A stretch of DNA of 63,577 nt, the filler included, from Octopus bimaculoides (taxonomy: Eukaryota), in assembly GCF_001194135.2 (NCBI RefSeq). It is 7 parts of 6 records of this genome, joined end to end, with 100 filler letters (N's around TTAATTAATTAA, not from the genome) between each part and the next. Parts side by side here need not be neighbours in the genome. Positions count along the whole stretch, not along the records: positions 50,952 to 54,717 come from NC_068982.1; positions 54,818 to 62,027 come from NC_069004.1; positions 62,128 to 63,577 come from NW_026321905.1; 4 more parts are not named here. One strand, 5' to 3'. A program made the position numbers and the translations under genes. Below are positions 52,326 through 63,577 of this stretch, piece by piece (position 1 is the first letter of the stretch; every line of letters begins with the position of its first letter). The notes under the pieces are model-generated. The model was not told where the DNA came from, ran no database searches, and worked only from the letters and a program-made list of their open reading frames with translations.

Positions 52326-53818
52326 ACTATCAACACAAGATTTAAAAGATTTAGAATTAAGATGGCGGATTACGTAAAAATGTTCGAAGGAAGAAACTAT
52401 CAGACTAGAACTCTTCTCACAAGGAACAACAATGAAAGGATGAGGGGTAGTAGAAAGAAGAGACACTTGATTAATAACCATAAGAGGATGAACAAAAGAC
52501 GAAAGTTTGATACAACGACTGTGGAAACATTTATATAATAAAGACAGAGGAGTGATATCCCTAATAAGAAACAGTTATATAGCAATTATATATTGGGGCA
52601 ACTTGGTCAATATTTCTTGAGAAAATAACACAAATGTCTCGTATGGAAGTATTTTTTTCACTTTCAAGTTCAGGTTCGAGTCCTTGGGCAAAAATTTAAT
52701 ACTTAGTTTCAGGTGTGGAAGTCTGTAAGAGAGATGTTTCCTGTTCTTGGATGGTAGATTTAATCCGTTGTCCCGTTTAACACAACTACTTAGTCCCCTT
52801 GGGCGTTTTAACTGTTAATTACTCTTGATAGCTGCCACTGATCATCAAACGAAGAGGTAATTCATCTCATTACTTCATGCGATAAATAAATATTCATGGC
52901 CTTGGTATTTGAATTATAGGAATATCAAATACAGGAGTCTTATAGAGATGGGAAATTAATGGCTGCCACTAAACAAAACAGGATATTGAAGATAAAACAT
53001 TTGTTAAATACTTCATCTTTAAGAAACCCTAAATGGGAATTGAAATAATTCTAAAGGAAATGCGTTCGATAAACATGAAAGCTATCACGACCTGGACCGA
53101 AACAAACGACAAAGTGAGATTGGTTTGATGTTATTTCTCGAATCATACAATAGTGAAGTGATATTCATAATCAGCGTCATTATATCTCCATCTGTTTATG
53201 TATATATTGATAACTCTTTAGCATTGCCAGGAGAGTAGAAAATAATTTGCTGAGGAAGTCTAATGAAACCGAAACATCTGCTTTCATCGGTCGGCTTTAG
53301 AGACCAGACTCGTTCCGATCTACAATTGTTTATACTATTGTCTAAAAACATTCAACTGATCTAGTTAGAGTTATCCCCCCTCATTTATATATTTTTAAGC
53401 ACCTTAACAGCGAATCTCATTTCCTAATTACATGAATATTAAGAGTTAATGGAAGTTTTTCTACTCACTATAATACACACGTATTGATTGTATAATGTAT
53501 TGTAGCAAGTATCTAACAGTAAATGAATCACTTAAATCATCTCACACCAAAACTAAATTATATACCTCTACGTGATTGCTTAACTTATCAGCAAACGAGG
53601 TCAAATTCCCCTTAAACTATGAACTATCGTATAAAATTAATGACACTATGACAGCACTCAACAATGTTGCTTTACAGAAATGATTCTTAAACAAAGGGTG
53701 GGATAGTCATCGCTTTTGCCTTTGGTCGGTATTGACGCCAGTAGAATGTTTATAGAAAACCAAGTAGCTACAGAAGTGAAAAAAATAGGCAACAGTTTAG
53801 ACTTCAACGATATTGATA

Positions 53819-54677
53819 CAAACTGCATTCCAGAAGTTTTGATACATTTTCAGGAGAGGCATTTGTTAATTTCAAAGAAGTACAAAATTTTAACCTCCTT
53901 CAAAGTAGGATCCTTTTATTTCAATGCACTTGGGGTAGTGCTATAGCCATTTCTTGGAGGCCCCATGGAAGTCCTCCAAAGACAAGGTAACCTCTTTTAT
54001 CACAGCATCCTTCATCTTTTCCTTAAGCTTGGGGAACAACCAAAAATCATAGGGAGCAAGGCCTGGACTGTAGGAAGGGTGAAGGATAATTTTGATGCCC
54101 ATCTCTGTCAAGGAGTTGGTTACCAGTCTGGAATTGTTAACTGATGCATTGTCCGGATGCAAGTACTCTGGCCTTTCGCAACGGAATCTCTTTCTGAACT
54201 CCTTCAAAACTGCCATAAAGTACTCTTTGTTAACCGTCTGGCCAGAAGAAACCCAGAGCATGTAGATGATACCATTACTGTTGAAAAAGGCGACCATCAT
54301 GAGCTTCCCAGTGGGTTTGCTCTGCCTGGCCTCTTGTGCCTGCAAAAAACAGATGCTCGGTGCAAACAAAATAGTTTGGAGCATTTCATAAGTTTTTGTA
54401 GCGTCTTTGCTCGGTTTAACACAAAACTTTATTGCATAGCGAGCTTCCAAAGTGTCTTCAGGCCCCGATTGCATACTGCTAACTAGTCAGTTGTGACAAG
54501 CAGTGTTTGGCAGGATGTCTTCAAAGTGCAGTTACAGCCGTCCCCTTCAATTTGGAATAACATAAGTTAGCAGGTCAGCTTATTCGATGTATAGTAATGA
54601 CATACTAATATTACAGTAATATAGGAAAATTACAACTGTTACCCCTAAAAAAAAGTCTGAAAACTTCTGGAATGAAC

Positions 54678-54681
<4 letters not shown>
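53819..54681 (-). mobile_element. Internally deleted mariner (863 bp) with TIRs, TA flanks and an open 177-aa fused ORF
   Basis: ORF 53941-54474: EARYAIKFC..KLMMVAFFNSNGII..LHPDNA..HPSYSPGLAPYDFWLFPKLK. Inverted CATTCCAGAAGTTTT at 53826-53840 and 54660-54674, each 7 nt inside a TA. Confidence 0.92.
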
Positions 54682-54717
<36 letters not shown>

Positions 54718-54817
54718 NNNNNNNNNNNNNNNNNNNNNNNNNNNNNNNNNNNNNNNNNNNNTTAATTAATTAANNNNNNNNNNNNNNNNNNNNNNNNNNN
54801 NNNNNNNNNNNNNNNNN

Positions 54818-55079
54818 CGATGCAAATTCTTATTCCATCGGTCTCATTCGTCGGAGTGTTAGGTTAAGGGAAACATAAAGAAAGAACACAGGATGCAGGA
54901 TGGGAAGGGAGCATTGAGGACAACACACAAATGCAACTACATACGTACATACATACACGAACACACACACAAACACACACACACGTGTGTGTGTAACTAT
55001 ATGTATTTATGTATCTATTTATCTATCTATATATATCTTATTCATTACATCTGTATACATGTATGAGTGTTGTGTGTGT
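54818..55079 (+). repeat. 262-bp exact duplicate of 55622-55883, bounded by gaps
   Basis: Identical by eye; probably an assembly artefact. Confidence 0.9.
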
Positions 55080-55089
55080 NNNNNNNNNN

Positions 55090-55226
55090 TCAGAGTTCAA
55101 ATTCCACCGAGGTCGACTTTGCCTTTCATTCTTTCGGGGCTGATAAATTAAATACCAGTTGACTACTGGGGTAGACTAGCGCCCTCCCTCAATTTTTAGG
55201 CCATGCGCCTATGGTAGAAACGATTA
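55090..55226 (+). mobile_element. SINE A2, head lost in a gap
   Basis: GAGTTCAAATTCCACCGAGGTCGACTTTGCCTTTCATTCTTTCGGGG. Confidence 0.88.
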
Positions 55227-56039
55227 TGTATATCATTATATATATATAATATCGTTTGGACTAAAGACGCCATCTTTTCTCGCTATTTCGTACTGAAGCT
55301 GTGAACGTATTTGGTTGACAGCTGACGAAGGGTTGAGCATTTCTCTGTTCAGCGTGTGAGCTTTTCTGTTCTTTTCCTTACTGACGGAGCACATTTACAT
55401 GTTACCGAATAGGTCCACCTTCATTAACTAAATTATAAATATCTCTTTTTGCTCATGTGATTTTGATTTCATTTTTATCTTCTAAAACTTTATATAATGG
55501 CAAAAATCCAAACACTTTCAACCAATTGAGGTTGAAATGAAGCAATTATACTGTTACTTGTTTGAATTATTGAACTGAGCCCATGCTAGAGCACAGTCTC
55601 GAACGGATAAATCGAAATAATCGATGCAAATTCTTATTCCATCGGTCTCATTCGTCGGAGTGTTAGGTTAAGGGAAACATAAAGAAAGAACACAGGATGC
55701 AGGATGGGAAGGGAGCATTGAGGACAACACACAAATGCAACTACATACGTACATACATACACGAACACACACACAAACACACACACACGTGTGTGTGTAA
55801 CTATATGTATTTATGTATCTATTTATCTATCTATATATATCTTATTCATTACATCTGTATACATGTATGAGTGTTGTGTGTGTGCGCGTATGTGTGCGTG
55901 TGTGTTAGTATATATGTAGGCCAAAAGTCATTAACATACATATGAATACAGAATACTTAATTTTAATTTATATCCTCTGTTGTATATTAATCATTAACTA
56001 CTTCGACATCCGAAGGGAAATAAAAGGGAAATCCGCATC

Positions 56040-56125
56040 CATGGCTCTTTGCAACCGGAAGCCAAATAAATTGACGTCAGTTGGTCACTGAATTATACAA
56101 CAATACTTGTTGGACGCCATTGTTA
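56040..56125. promoter_or_regulatory. Possible promoter motif cluster (ETS, CRE, YY1-like)
   Basis: CCGGAAG at 56055-56061, TGACGTCA at 56072-56079 and CGCCAT at 56115-56120, all in unique sequence. Confidence 0.25.
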
Positions 56126-57353
56126 ATTGGGAATAGGTTTTCTTTTTAGGTGGTTGAGAATAACTGATCACATGATACACTGATTCGAATGCACGAATGA
56201 TGGTGCTGGTTTCCTTTTGATGATGTGACAGAAATCTACCTGAGGGAAAAACGAAGTCTCTGCAACATGTATGTATGTATGTATGTATGTATGCATGTAT
56301 GTATGTATGTATATATATNNNNNNNNNNNNNNNNNNNNNNNNNNNNNNNNNNNNNNNNNNNNNNNNNNNNNNNNNNNNNNNNNNNNNNNNNNNNNNNNNN
56401 NNNNNNNNNNNNNNNNNNNNNNNNNNNNNNNNNNNNNNNNNNNNNNNNNNNNNNNNNNNNNNNNNNNNNNNNNNNNNNNNNNNNNNNNNNNNNNNNNNNN
56501 NNNNNNNNNNNNNNNNNNNNNNNNNNNNNNNNNNNNNNNNNNNNNNNNNNNNNNNNNNNNNNNNNNNNNNNNNNNNNNNNNNNNNNNNNNNNNNNNNNNN
56601 NNNNNNNNNNNNNNNNNNNNNNNNNNNNNNNNNNNNNNNNNNNNNNNNNNNNNNNNNNNNNNNNNNNNNNNNNNNNNNNNNNNNNNNNNNNNNNNNNNNN
56701 NNNNNNNNNNNNNNNNNNNNNNNNNNNNNNNNNNNNNNNNNNNNNNNNNNNNNNNATATATATATATATATATATAAACACACATAGAGTGAGAGAGTAA
56801 GCTGTATTATATATGAATATTTCCTTCTCCATGTATATATCTTCATATATATGTGTGTGTATTGACACACGCACATCCACACGCACATACAACACACATA
56901 CTCCCCCCCCCTCTACATATATATTAACACGCGCACGCGGAAATGTATGTGATACGAGCGTATGAATATAGGAGTTATTTACTTTCTGAGCCGGAATTAG
57001 TTACTCACTTGTGTAAATACTGGCACCGATATGATCTAACTAGAATCGAATAAGAATATTAAAACCGCTACTCCAGCATGTGCGGTAGTCCAGTGACTGA
57101 ACCCGTGAGCTAAATAAAAATAAATAAATAACAGAATATAAATAATCAGATAAAATTTCCAGCTTTTCTTGTAACGTCTCACAATGTAAACATGACATAA
57201 ACATCGATATAAACACTGCAATATAACACTTAAGTGGTAAACATTCGTTACCGTACGAGATACGCCATCGTGGCACAGATGTTATGCATCCCTATCAAGC
57301 AGAAAATACTATATAAAGAATATATGACAGAAAACGAATTAAATTTAAATATA

Positions 57354-57794
57354 CAGGCGCAGCCGTGGCTGTGTGGAAAACAGTTTGCTTTCTAGCCACG
57401 TCGTTTCAGGTTCCGTCCCACTACGTAGCACCTTGGGCGAGTGTTCTCTACTATATCTTCAGGCGACCAAAGTCTTTTGTGGGAAAGTTCTAAAACAAAG
57501 CCGTATGTGTCTGTGTAACATATGGCATCATTATAAACAGGATAACTTATAGCCATTTCTCCGCAGAATGATGAACAACCTTAATTGATTGTCGAACCTC
57601 ATTGTATATCATCAGAGGCGTCCACATCATTTTCACAATTTCGAGAAAAACAACCAGCCAAATTGTTTATATACTCAACAAATACAGCAGTTACTCTATG
57701 AAGGAGTTCGTAATTTGCATACCGAGCCGTCTACGGGGATCTTAGTCCACACAGTAAACATAAAGATACAGTATTATTATAAACAGGGCAGATG

Positions 57795-57835
<41 letters not shown>

Positions 57836-58108
57836 TATATATGTATATGTACTATTAAACGTTTCAATTACATGTACTTATCGCGCTTCTGATAGTTTCC
57901 ACCACCGCCGCTTGACAACCGGTGTTGGTGTGTTTACGTTCCCGTTACTTAGCAGTTTTGCAGAAGTAACCAAAAGAATAAGTACCAGGCTTTTGCAAAT
58001 AAATAAATAAATGAATAATAAGTATAGGGACCGAAATTCTACAAGGCGGTTTCCCAAGATGGTCGCAATCTAACGACTGAAATCAGTAAAGTATAAAAGG
58101 TTAAAAAG
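57354..58108 (+). mobile_element. SINE family C split by about 390 bp of other sequence
   Basis: 5' half at 57354-57505 (CACCTTGGGCGAGTG) and 3' half at 57895-58108 (GCTTGACAACCGGTGTTGGTGTGTTTACG). Confidence 0.8.
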
Positions 58109-58580
58109 ATAACTACTACTACTACTACTACTATGATATTATCGAATGGTGGTATCTGCTATAAAAGCAGGATGCTTTTCTATATTATGGATGGCTCATA
58201 ATATAGAAACCATATCGCACGAACACATCACAATTCAATTTTTCATTTGTTTTCTAGATATCACGACTGACATCGACAGAACAAACGAGATTTGCAAAGT
58301 TATAAGCAACATCTATGTATATCTTTGTGCGCATATATATATATATATATATANNNNNNNNNNNNNNNNNNNNNNNNNNNNNNNNNNNNNNNNNNNNNNN
58401 NNNNNNNNNNNNNNNNNNNNNNNNNNNNNNNNNNNNNNNNNNNNNNNNNNNNNNNNNNNNNNNNNNNNNNNNNNNNNNNNNNNNNNNNNNNNNNNNNNNN
58501 NNNNNNNNNNNNNNNNNNNNNNNNNNNATATATATATTTATTTATTTGATATATATGTATATATGTATGCAATATATATG

Positions 58581-58618
<38 letters not shown>

Positions 58619-59509
58619 GTCCACACACAAACAAATACGTACCTTCACACATACATACACATACATACACACACACACACATATATGTGGTGCAAATAGT
58701 TGTTTACTGTTGTTAATAAAGATTTCTTGTGGCATTATGATATCATGGTTTGTGATCTTGTGTTAACTGTATTGTTTTCCGACCAGGATCTACTGGGTGC
58801 TTTCCATTCTTTTGAGAAAGTACAAAATATTGTTGTTGGTGGTGTTGTCGCTCCTTAGCCCGAGAGCACAACACAAACACACACACAATACACACACACA
58901 CAAGCACGCACACACATACACATATACCTATACACACATACACAAACATCTATGATCAACGCTATTCGAAACATTACAATAACAAATCGCTTTTTTCGTT
59001 ATTATTTCTTTCTGCAACACAAATCGCATCGAACTACATTATCCTTTTGTCGTTCCAGTTTTAGAACGACGACGTGGTGGGATGTGAGGAAGGATTTGTT
59101 ACATTTGTCTCCGGTGGCGTGACAGTGCATTAATGGCACATTTGCGATCGTGTATTCTGGAACGCACGCTTTATTATAGATTTGATTTGCATGTACAACA
59201 CGTTATCTTTAATTATTCAACTCTCGTTTCTTCTGTTTGTGGAACTCGTGACCTAGAATTGTTCATCTGCCGTTTCTTCGTACAAGACTTAAAATATCAA
59301 GCAACACATTAAACAACGGAAATAAAACCTAAGCAACCAGGAATGGTAACATGGCTTAAGAGTGCTTATCGATTACTGGTTTAGGGTTCAATCCTTCTGC
59401 GCGGGGCCTTCAGAAGTGCCGCCTAATTTAGTCTATGGTGAATAAATAAATATTTCCAGACATCTATTTTGTGATGTGTATATATATATATATATATGAC
59501 TGGCACTGG

Positions 59510-59747
59510 AACTAGCTGATTTCTATCAACGTAACAGCCTGCTCGTGAAATTAACGTGCAAGTGGATGAGCACTCCACAGACACGTATCCATTGAAGGTA
59601 GCCCTCAAGGTGATTCAGTGTTACACAGAATGTGACAAGGCTGGCTCCTTTGAATTACAGGTACTACTCACTTTTACCTGAATAGTAGACTAGAGTAACG
59701 CGAAATAAAGCGTCTTGCTCAAGGACAGAATGCGTCGCCAGGAATCG
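59510..59747 (-). mobile_element. SINE family D, head lost in a gap
   Basis: CAGCCTGCTCGTGAAATTAACGTGCAAGTGG..GTCTTGCTCAAGGAC. Confidence 0.88.
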
Positions 59748-60109
59748 NNNNNNNNNNNNNNNNNNNNNNNNNNNNNNNNNNNNNNNNNNNNNNNNNNNNN
59801 NNNNNNNNNNNNNNNNNNNNNNNNNNNNNNNNNNNNNNNNNNNNNNNNNNNNNNNNNNNNNNNNNNNNNNNNNNNNNNNNNNNNNNNNNNNNNNNNNNNN
59901 NNNNNNNNNNNNNNNNNNNNNNNNNNNNNNNNNNNNNNNNNNNNNNNNNNNNNNNNNNNNNNNNNNNNNNNNNNNNNNNNNNNNNNNNNNNNNNNNNNNN
60001 NNNNNNNNNNNNNNNNNNNNNNNNNNNNNNATATATATATATATATCCATTAACGTACATGCATGCATACATATATCAATGTATGCATATATGTATATCC
60101 ATATATACA

Positions 60110-60150
<41 letters not shown>

Positions 60151-60211
60151 GCATACATATATAAACGATATATATATATACGTGTACAAATACATACATA
60201 TATAAATAATA

Positions 60212-60870
60212 AAGGGGTCACCTTAAAACATTGAAAGTTTATTCTCTCTAGCGCCGCCGTGAGCGCTACATCAAATGTGCAACGGTACAATGCGGAGACT
60301 ATATCAACAGCATGACTCAGACGACCTTAACATTAAATTCAGAATTCATTCTAGGCTGGGATCGCATGCCATATAGCACCTACGCGTTTCAAGACCACAC
60401 CACATAAATCGCTGCAACATTTTTGTTTTGTCCCAAAACTCCCAGGTTTATTTATCATTGCCCCAAAATAAATCAAAGAAGAAAAGATTCTATCACTCCA
60501 TTATAAGGCGGCGAGCTTGCAGAAACGTTAGCACGCCGGGCGAAATGATTAGCGGTATTTCGTCTGCCGTTACGTTCTGAGTTCAAATTCCGCCGAGGTC
60601 GACTTTTCCTTTCATCCTTTCGGAGTCGATAAATTAAGTACCGGTTACGCACTGGGGTCGATATAATCGACTTAACCCCTTTGACTGTCCTTGTTTGTCC
60701 CCTCTATGTTTAGCCCCTTGTGGGCAATAAAGAAATAATATTCTATCACCTTCAAACGACACCTGACAGATTCCTTTAAGGGATATATGTAAGCCGTTTA
60801 TTCCTGGATACAACTCAGTTAACAACGACTCCCTACTTGAATGGACCATAATACCAAAAAAACTCGACTT
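60212..60870 (+). mobile_element. CR1-like LINE 3'-end relic, interrupted by a SINE A1
   Basis: LKVYSL*RRRERYI..DDLNIKFRIHSRLG..LFIIAPK*IKEEKDSI | TFKRHL..PGYNSVNNDSLLEW across frameshifts. Confidence 0.72.
60506..60737 (+). mobile_element. Full-length young SINE A1
   Basis: 10-bp TSD ATTCTATCAC at 60487-60496 and 60740-60749. Confidence 0.94.
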
Positions 60871-61638
60871 AACTATGACTTAGACATGGTCTGGGCCAAC
60901 TTTTGCCTAAGTTAAATACACATATATGAATGTAGGTAAGTAACTATATCATGCATACGTGTGTTTATATGAGTGTTTAATGTTTGTAAATATGTATGTA
61001 CATGGGTATGGATGCGTGTGGATGTTTGTGGGTGTTCGTGTGTGTGTGTGTATGTGCATGTGTGTATGTGTGTGTGTGTGTGTGTGTATTCTGATAGGGT
61101 AAATGGCGTAGAGTAATTGGCAATTACCTCGGTGATTCATCTTTAATTCTTAGTCCCCAACAGAGCTGAGATTCTTTCTATGTTTACAAAGAAAATTTCA
61201 ATTCAGGAACTTAAGTGAAATATTGCTCCAACTTGCAATATATCCATCATACGATAATATATCTTCTGCGGATGTGTAATATCATCTAAAATTACTTATT
61301 TAGATTAGGCTATCGAAATATATACAAACCGAGTATTACTTCCTTTTAACCCTTCGTTGGATGCCGTCTGGAGTTCACAGTCCATTTTATTGACTGCTGA
61401 TATTTTGGTACATATTTTATGGTTTTTGTCAGATACCAATTACAAAGGAGTTATTGGAATAGCTTAGACTTTATTACCGCAGTGTAATTATGTTCGAATG
61501 TCCCGTTTTGCTACTCGTTTTCTTATTCTGATATCAATAAACTCACACTCAAACACGGAAACACACAAGCTTGCAAATATAAGATTATATACATGCAAAT
61601 ACAGACATTGATCTATCTATCTATCTATCTATCTATCT

Positions 61639-61679
<41 letters not shown>

Positions 61680-61775
61680 TATTCATACTTATATTCATAC
61701 ATATACATACATACATTCGCGCATACATACACACCTACACACACTCACATACCTTTATACATATACGCCGAAAGT

Positions 61776-61974
61776 ATTCTTTTCTTCTCTAGGCACAAGG
61801 CCCGAAATTTTAGGGGAGGGGCCAGTCGATTAGATCGATCCAGTATGCAACTGGTACTTAATTTATTGACCCTGAAAGGATGAAAGGCAAAGTCGACTTC
61901 GCCGGAATTTGAACTGAGAACGTAACGGCAGACGAAATACAACTCAGCATTTTGCTCAGCGTGCTAACGTTTCA
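61776..61974 (-). mobile_element. SINE A2 with head interrupted by an A1 copy
   Basis: GGCACAAGGCCCGAAATTTT tail through GTGCTAACGTTTC. Confidence 0.9.
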
Positions 61975-62027
61975 TATTTCTTTATTGCCCACAAGGGGTT
62001 AAACATGGAGGGGACAAACAAGGGCAG
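61975..62027 (-). mobile_element. SINE A1 3' tail (remainder in a gap)
   Basis: TATTTCTTTATTGCCCACAAGGGG..GGGGACAAACAAGG. Confidence 0.9.
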
Positions 62028-62127
62028 NNNNNNNNNNNNNNNNNNNNNNNNNNNNNNNNNNNNNNNNNNNNTTAATTAATTAANNNNNNNNNNNNNNNNN
62101 NNNNNNNNNNNNNNNNNNNNNNNNNNN

Positions 62128-62590
62128 GCACAAGCACCATGTTACGTTGGACTGGACACCTTATTAGAATGAAGGATCGCAGGATCCCTAAGCAGATGCT
62201 ATATCGGGAACATGTCAATGGAAAGGGACCCCAGCATAAACCAAGGCTGTGATTTAAGGACTGTGCCAAGTCCTCATTAAAGGCCTGTGATATGCAGGAG
62301 ACTGAATGGGAGAACAATGCCTGTCATCACCACAGAAAGTGGAAGCCGGTTAAAGAGGGGGCCGACACTTTTGAGAGAGCATGTAGTCTGCATGAAGAAC
62401 TTAAACGTGCTGCTTGAAAGCGCACTGCTGGTGTAGTGAATGGGGAAAGTTTGGTTTGCAATGTTTGCAATCGTATATGTTTGTCAAGAGCAGGGTTCAT
62501 TAGGCACCAACAGAGCTGCTGCAAATGCAAAATATAAGTTAGTCCTAGAATGCACAATGGTCTTCCTCAATTACAAGTGGACGGCCATGC
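62128..62590 (+). mobile_element. RTE-clade LINE 3' end with C-terminal zinc finger
   Basis: LRWTGHLIRMKDRRIPKQMLY..KPRL*FKDCAKSSLK..W..CNVCNRICLSRAGFIRHQQSC, then a short UTR and an (ATGT)n tail. Confidence 0.9.
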
Positions 62591-62689
62591 ATGTATGTAC
62601 GTATGTATTTATGTATGTCCATATATATTTGTGTGTATATATATATGAGAGAGAGAGGGAGTGAGGGAGAGAATTAATGCACAAGTTTT

Positions 62690-62875
62690 GGGTTTGGGGT
62701 AATGAGTTTCCTCATTCTATGACCAAACATGAACATTTCTTTCGGCCAAATTCCATGCCTATATCAGCTGAAAAGGTTGCAATTAATTCCAGTTGTTTTT
62801 TGGCATTGCTAACACTTTTAGAATAAATCTTCAGGTCGTCTACAAAGAAATTATGAGTTACAATAATATTGTTTA
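62690..62875 (-). mobile_element. R4/Dong-like RT catalytic fragment
   Basis: VTHNFFVDDLKIYSKSVSNAKKQLELIATFSADIGMEFGRKKC. Confidence 0.85.
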
Positions 62876-62938
62876 TATGTATATACGTTTCTAAGTATGT
62901 ATTTATGTATGTGCATTTGTGTATATATATATATACAT

Positions 62939-62969
<31 letters not shown>

Positions 62970-63032
62970 TGGGGAGAAGGAGGGAGAGAGAAGGAGGTAA
63001 TGATAATGCATGTGTTGTGTTGGGGGTGTATA

Positions 63033-63396
63033 CAGGGTGTTCCAAAATTAAGGCAACCAAAGTTTTGGGCTTTAATGACTATCAATAGATAGTGTGTCTT
63101 GTGTTTGCTTCAGACTAAATAAATTCAGATTTATAGATAAGATAATGGTTATAGACCGAAATACAATCATAATACTCTATGAGGAGACAGGAAAGGAATC
63201 GTCTTAGTATTCATGAGATTATTGAAGGCATGCTGCCCTGACTGGTGTTCGCTGATGAAAAGAAATTTGACATTGAACAGACAGTAAACCAGCAAAATGG
63301 CCAGCCTTGGAGTGTATCTGGATCCATCGGGGTTCGATTGGTAATTTGATGTCAAAATCTACTCAGATATCCCCCTTGTCATTTTGAGATATATTG
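63033..63396 (+). mobile_element. DD37D (maT)-like Tc1/mariner relic, internally deleted
   Basis: TA-CAGGGTGTTCCAAAA terminus; LVFADEKKFDIEQTVNQQN at 63242-63298; possible degenerate right TIR TTTTGAGATATATTG-TA at 63382-63398. Confidence 0.7.
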
Positions 63397-63577
63397 TATT
63401 TAAGTATGTTTTGGGATTGTTGCGTTGTTTTTATGTTTGTATGTATATATGTACGTATACACACACACACAAATAAACATATGCATGTGCATGCAGTATG
63501 TGCATGTAACAATCATAGACTAATGCGCATATATTTGCATATAAAGTATTTATGCATAAAGCATGCTAATTAATTAG

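Noticed and set aside
52363-52538. AAGATGGCGG start and basic ORF MADYVKMFEGRNY..
   Set aside because: Short, no recognisable domain, and no splice or homology support.
53250-53285. CTGAGGA..GAAAC as a hammerhead, and 52860-53290 as a Penelope end
   Set aside because: No NUH triplet, stem II is unpaired, and upstream coding similarity is too weak.
57575-57620. Minus-strand GCCT-CTGATGA..GACA..TTA-AGG hammerhead-like order
   Set aside because: GAAA is mutated and there is no stem II; likely chance.

Overview
AT-rich, gap-ridden animal genomic DNA with no intact host protein-coding gene, rRNA, tRNA or CRISPR array that I can support. The repeat content (several tRNA-headed SINE families, dense di-, tri- and tetranucleotide microsatellites) suggests a coleoid cephalopod, probably Octopus; this is an inference, not a database result. 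Almost all ORFs in the supplied track are microsatellite or N-gap artefacts. Recognisable coding remnants are transposons: four mariner relics, one DD37D/maT-like relic, two CR1-like, two R4/Dong-like, one RTE and one probable Penelope-like fragment, plus piggyBac-type and hAT MITEs and a Helentron-like element. The most interesting signals are: (1) SINEs repeatedly inserted into, or within 30 nt upstream of, the tRNA-like head of another co-oriented SINE (five cases, three with TSDs, two at the identical nucleotide); (2) several unrelated minimal type I hammerhead ribozyme relics; (3) a dimeric piggyBac MITE occupying one TTAA inside a mariner terminal repeat; (4) a long hairpin, a fold-back scar and some decayed exon-like segments, one loosely death-domain-like. 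Six TTAATTAATTAA words in ~100-nt N blocks are scaffolding artefacts.
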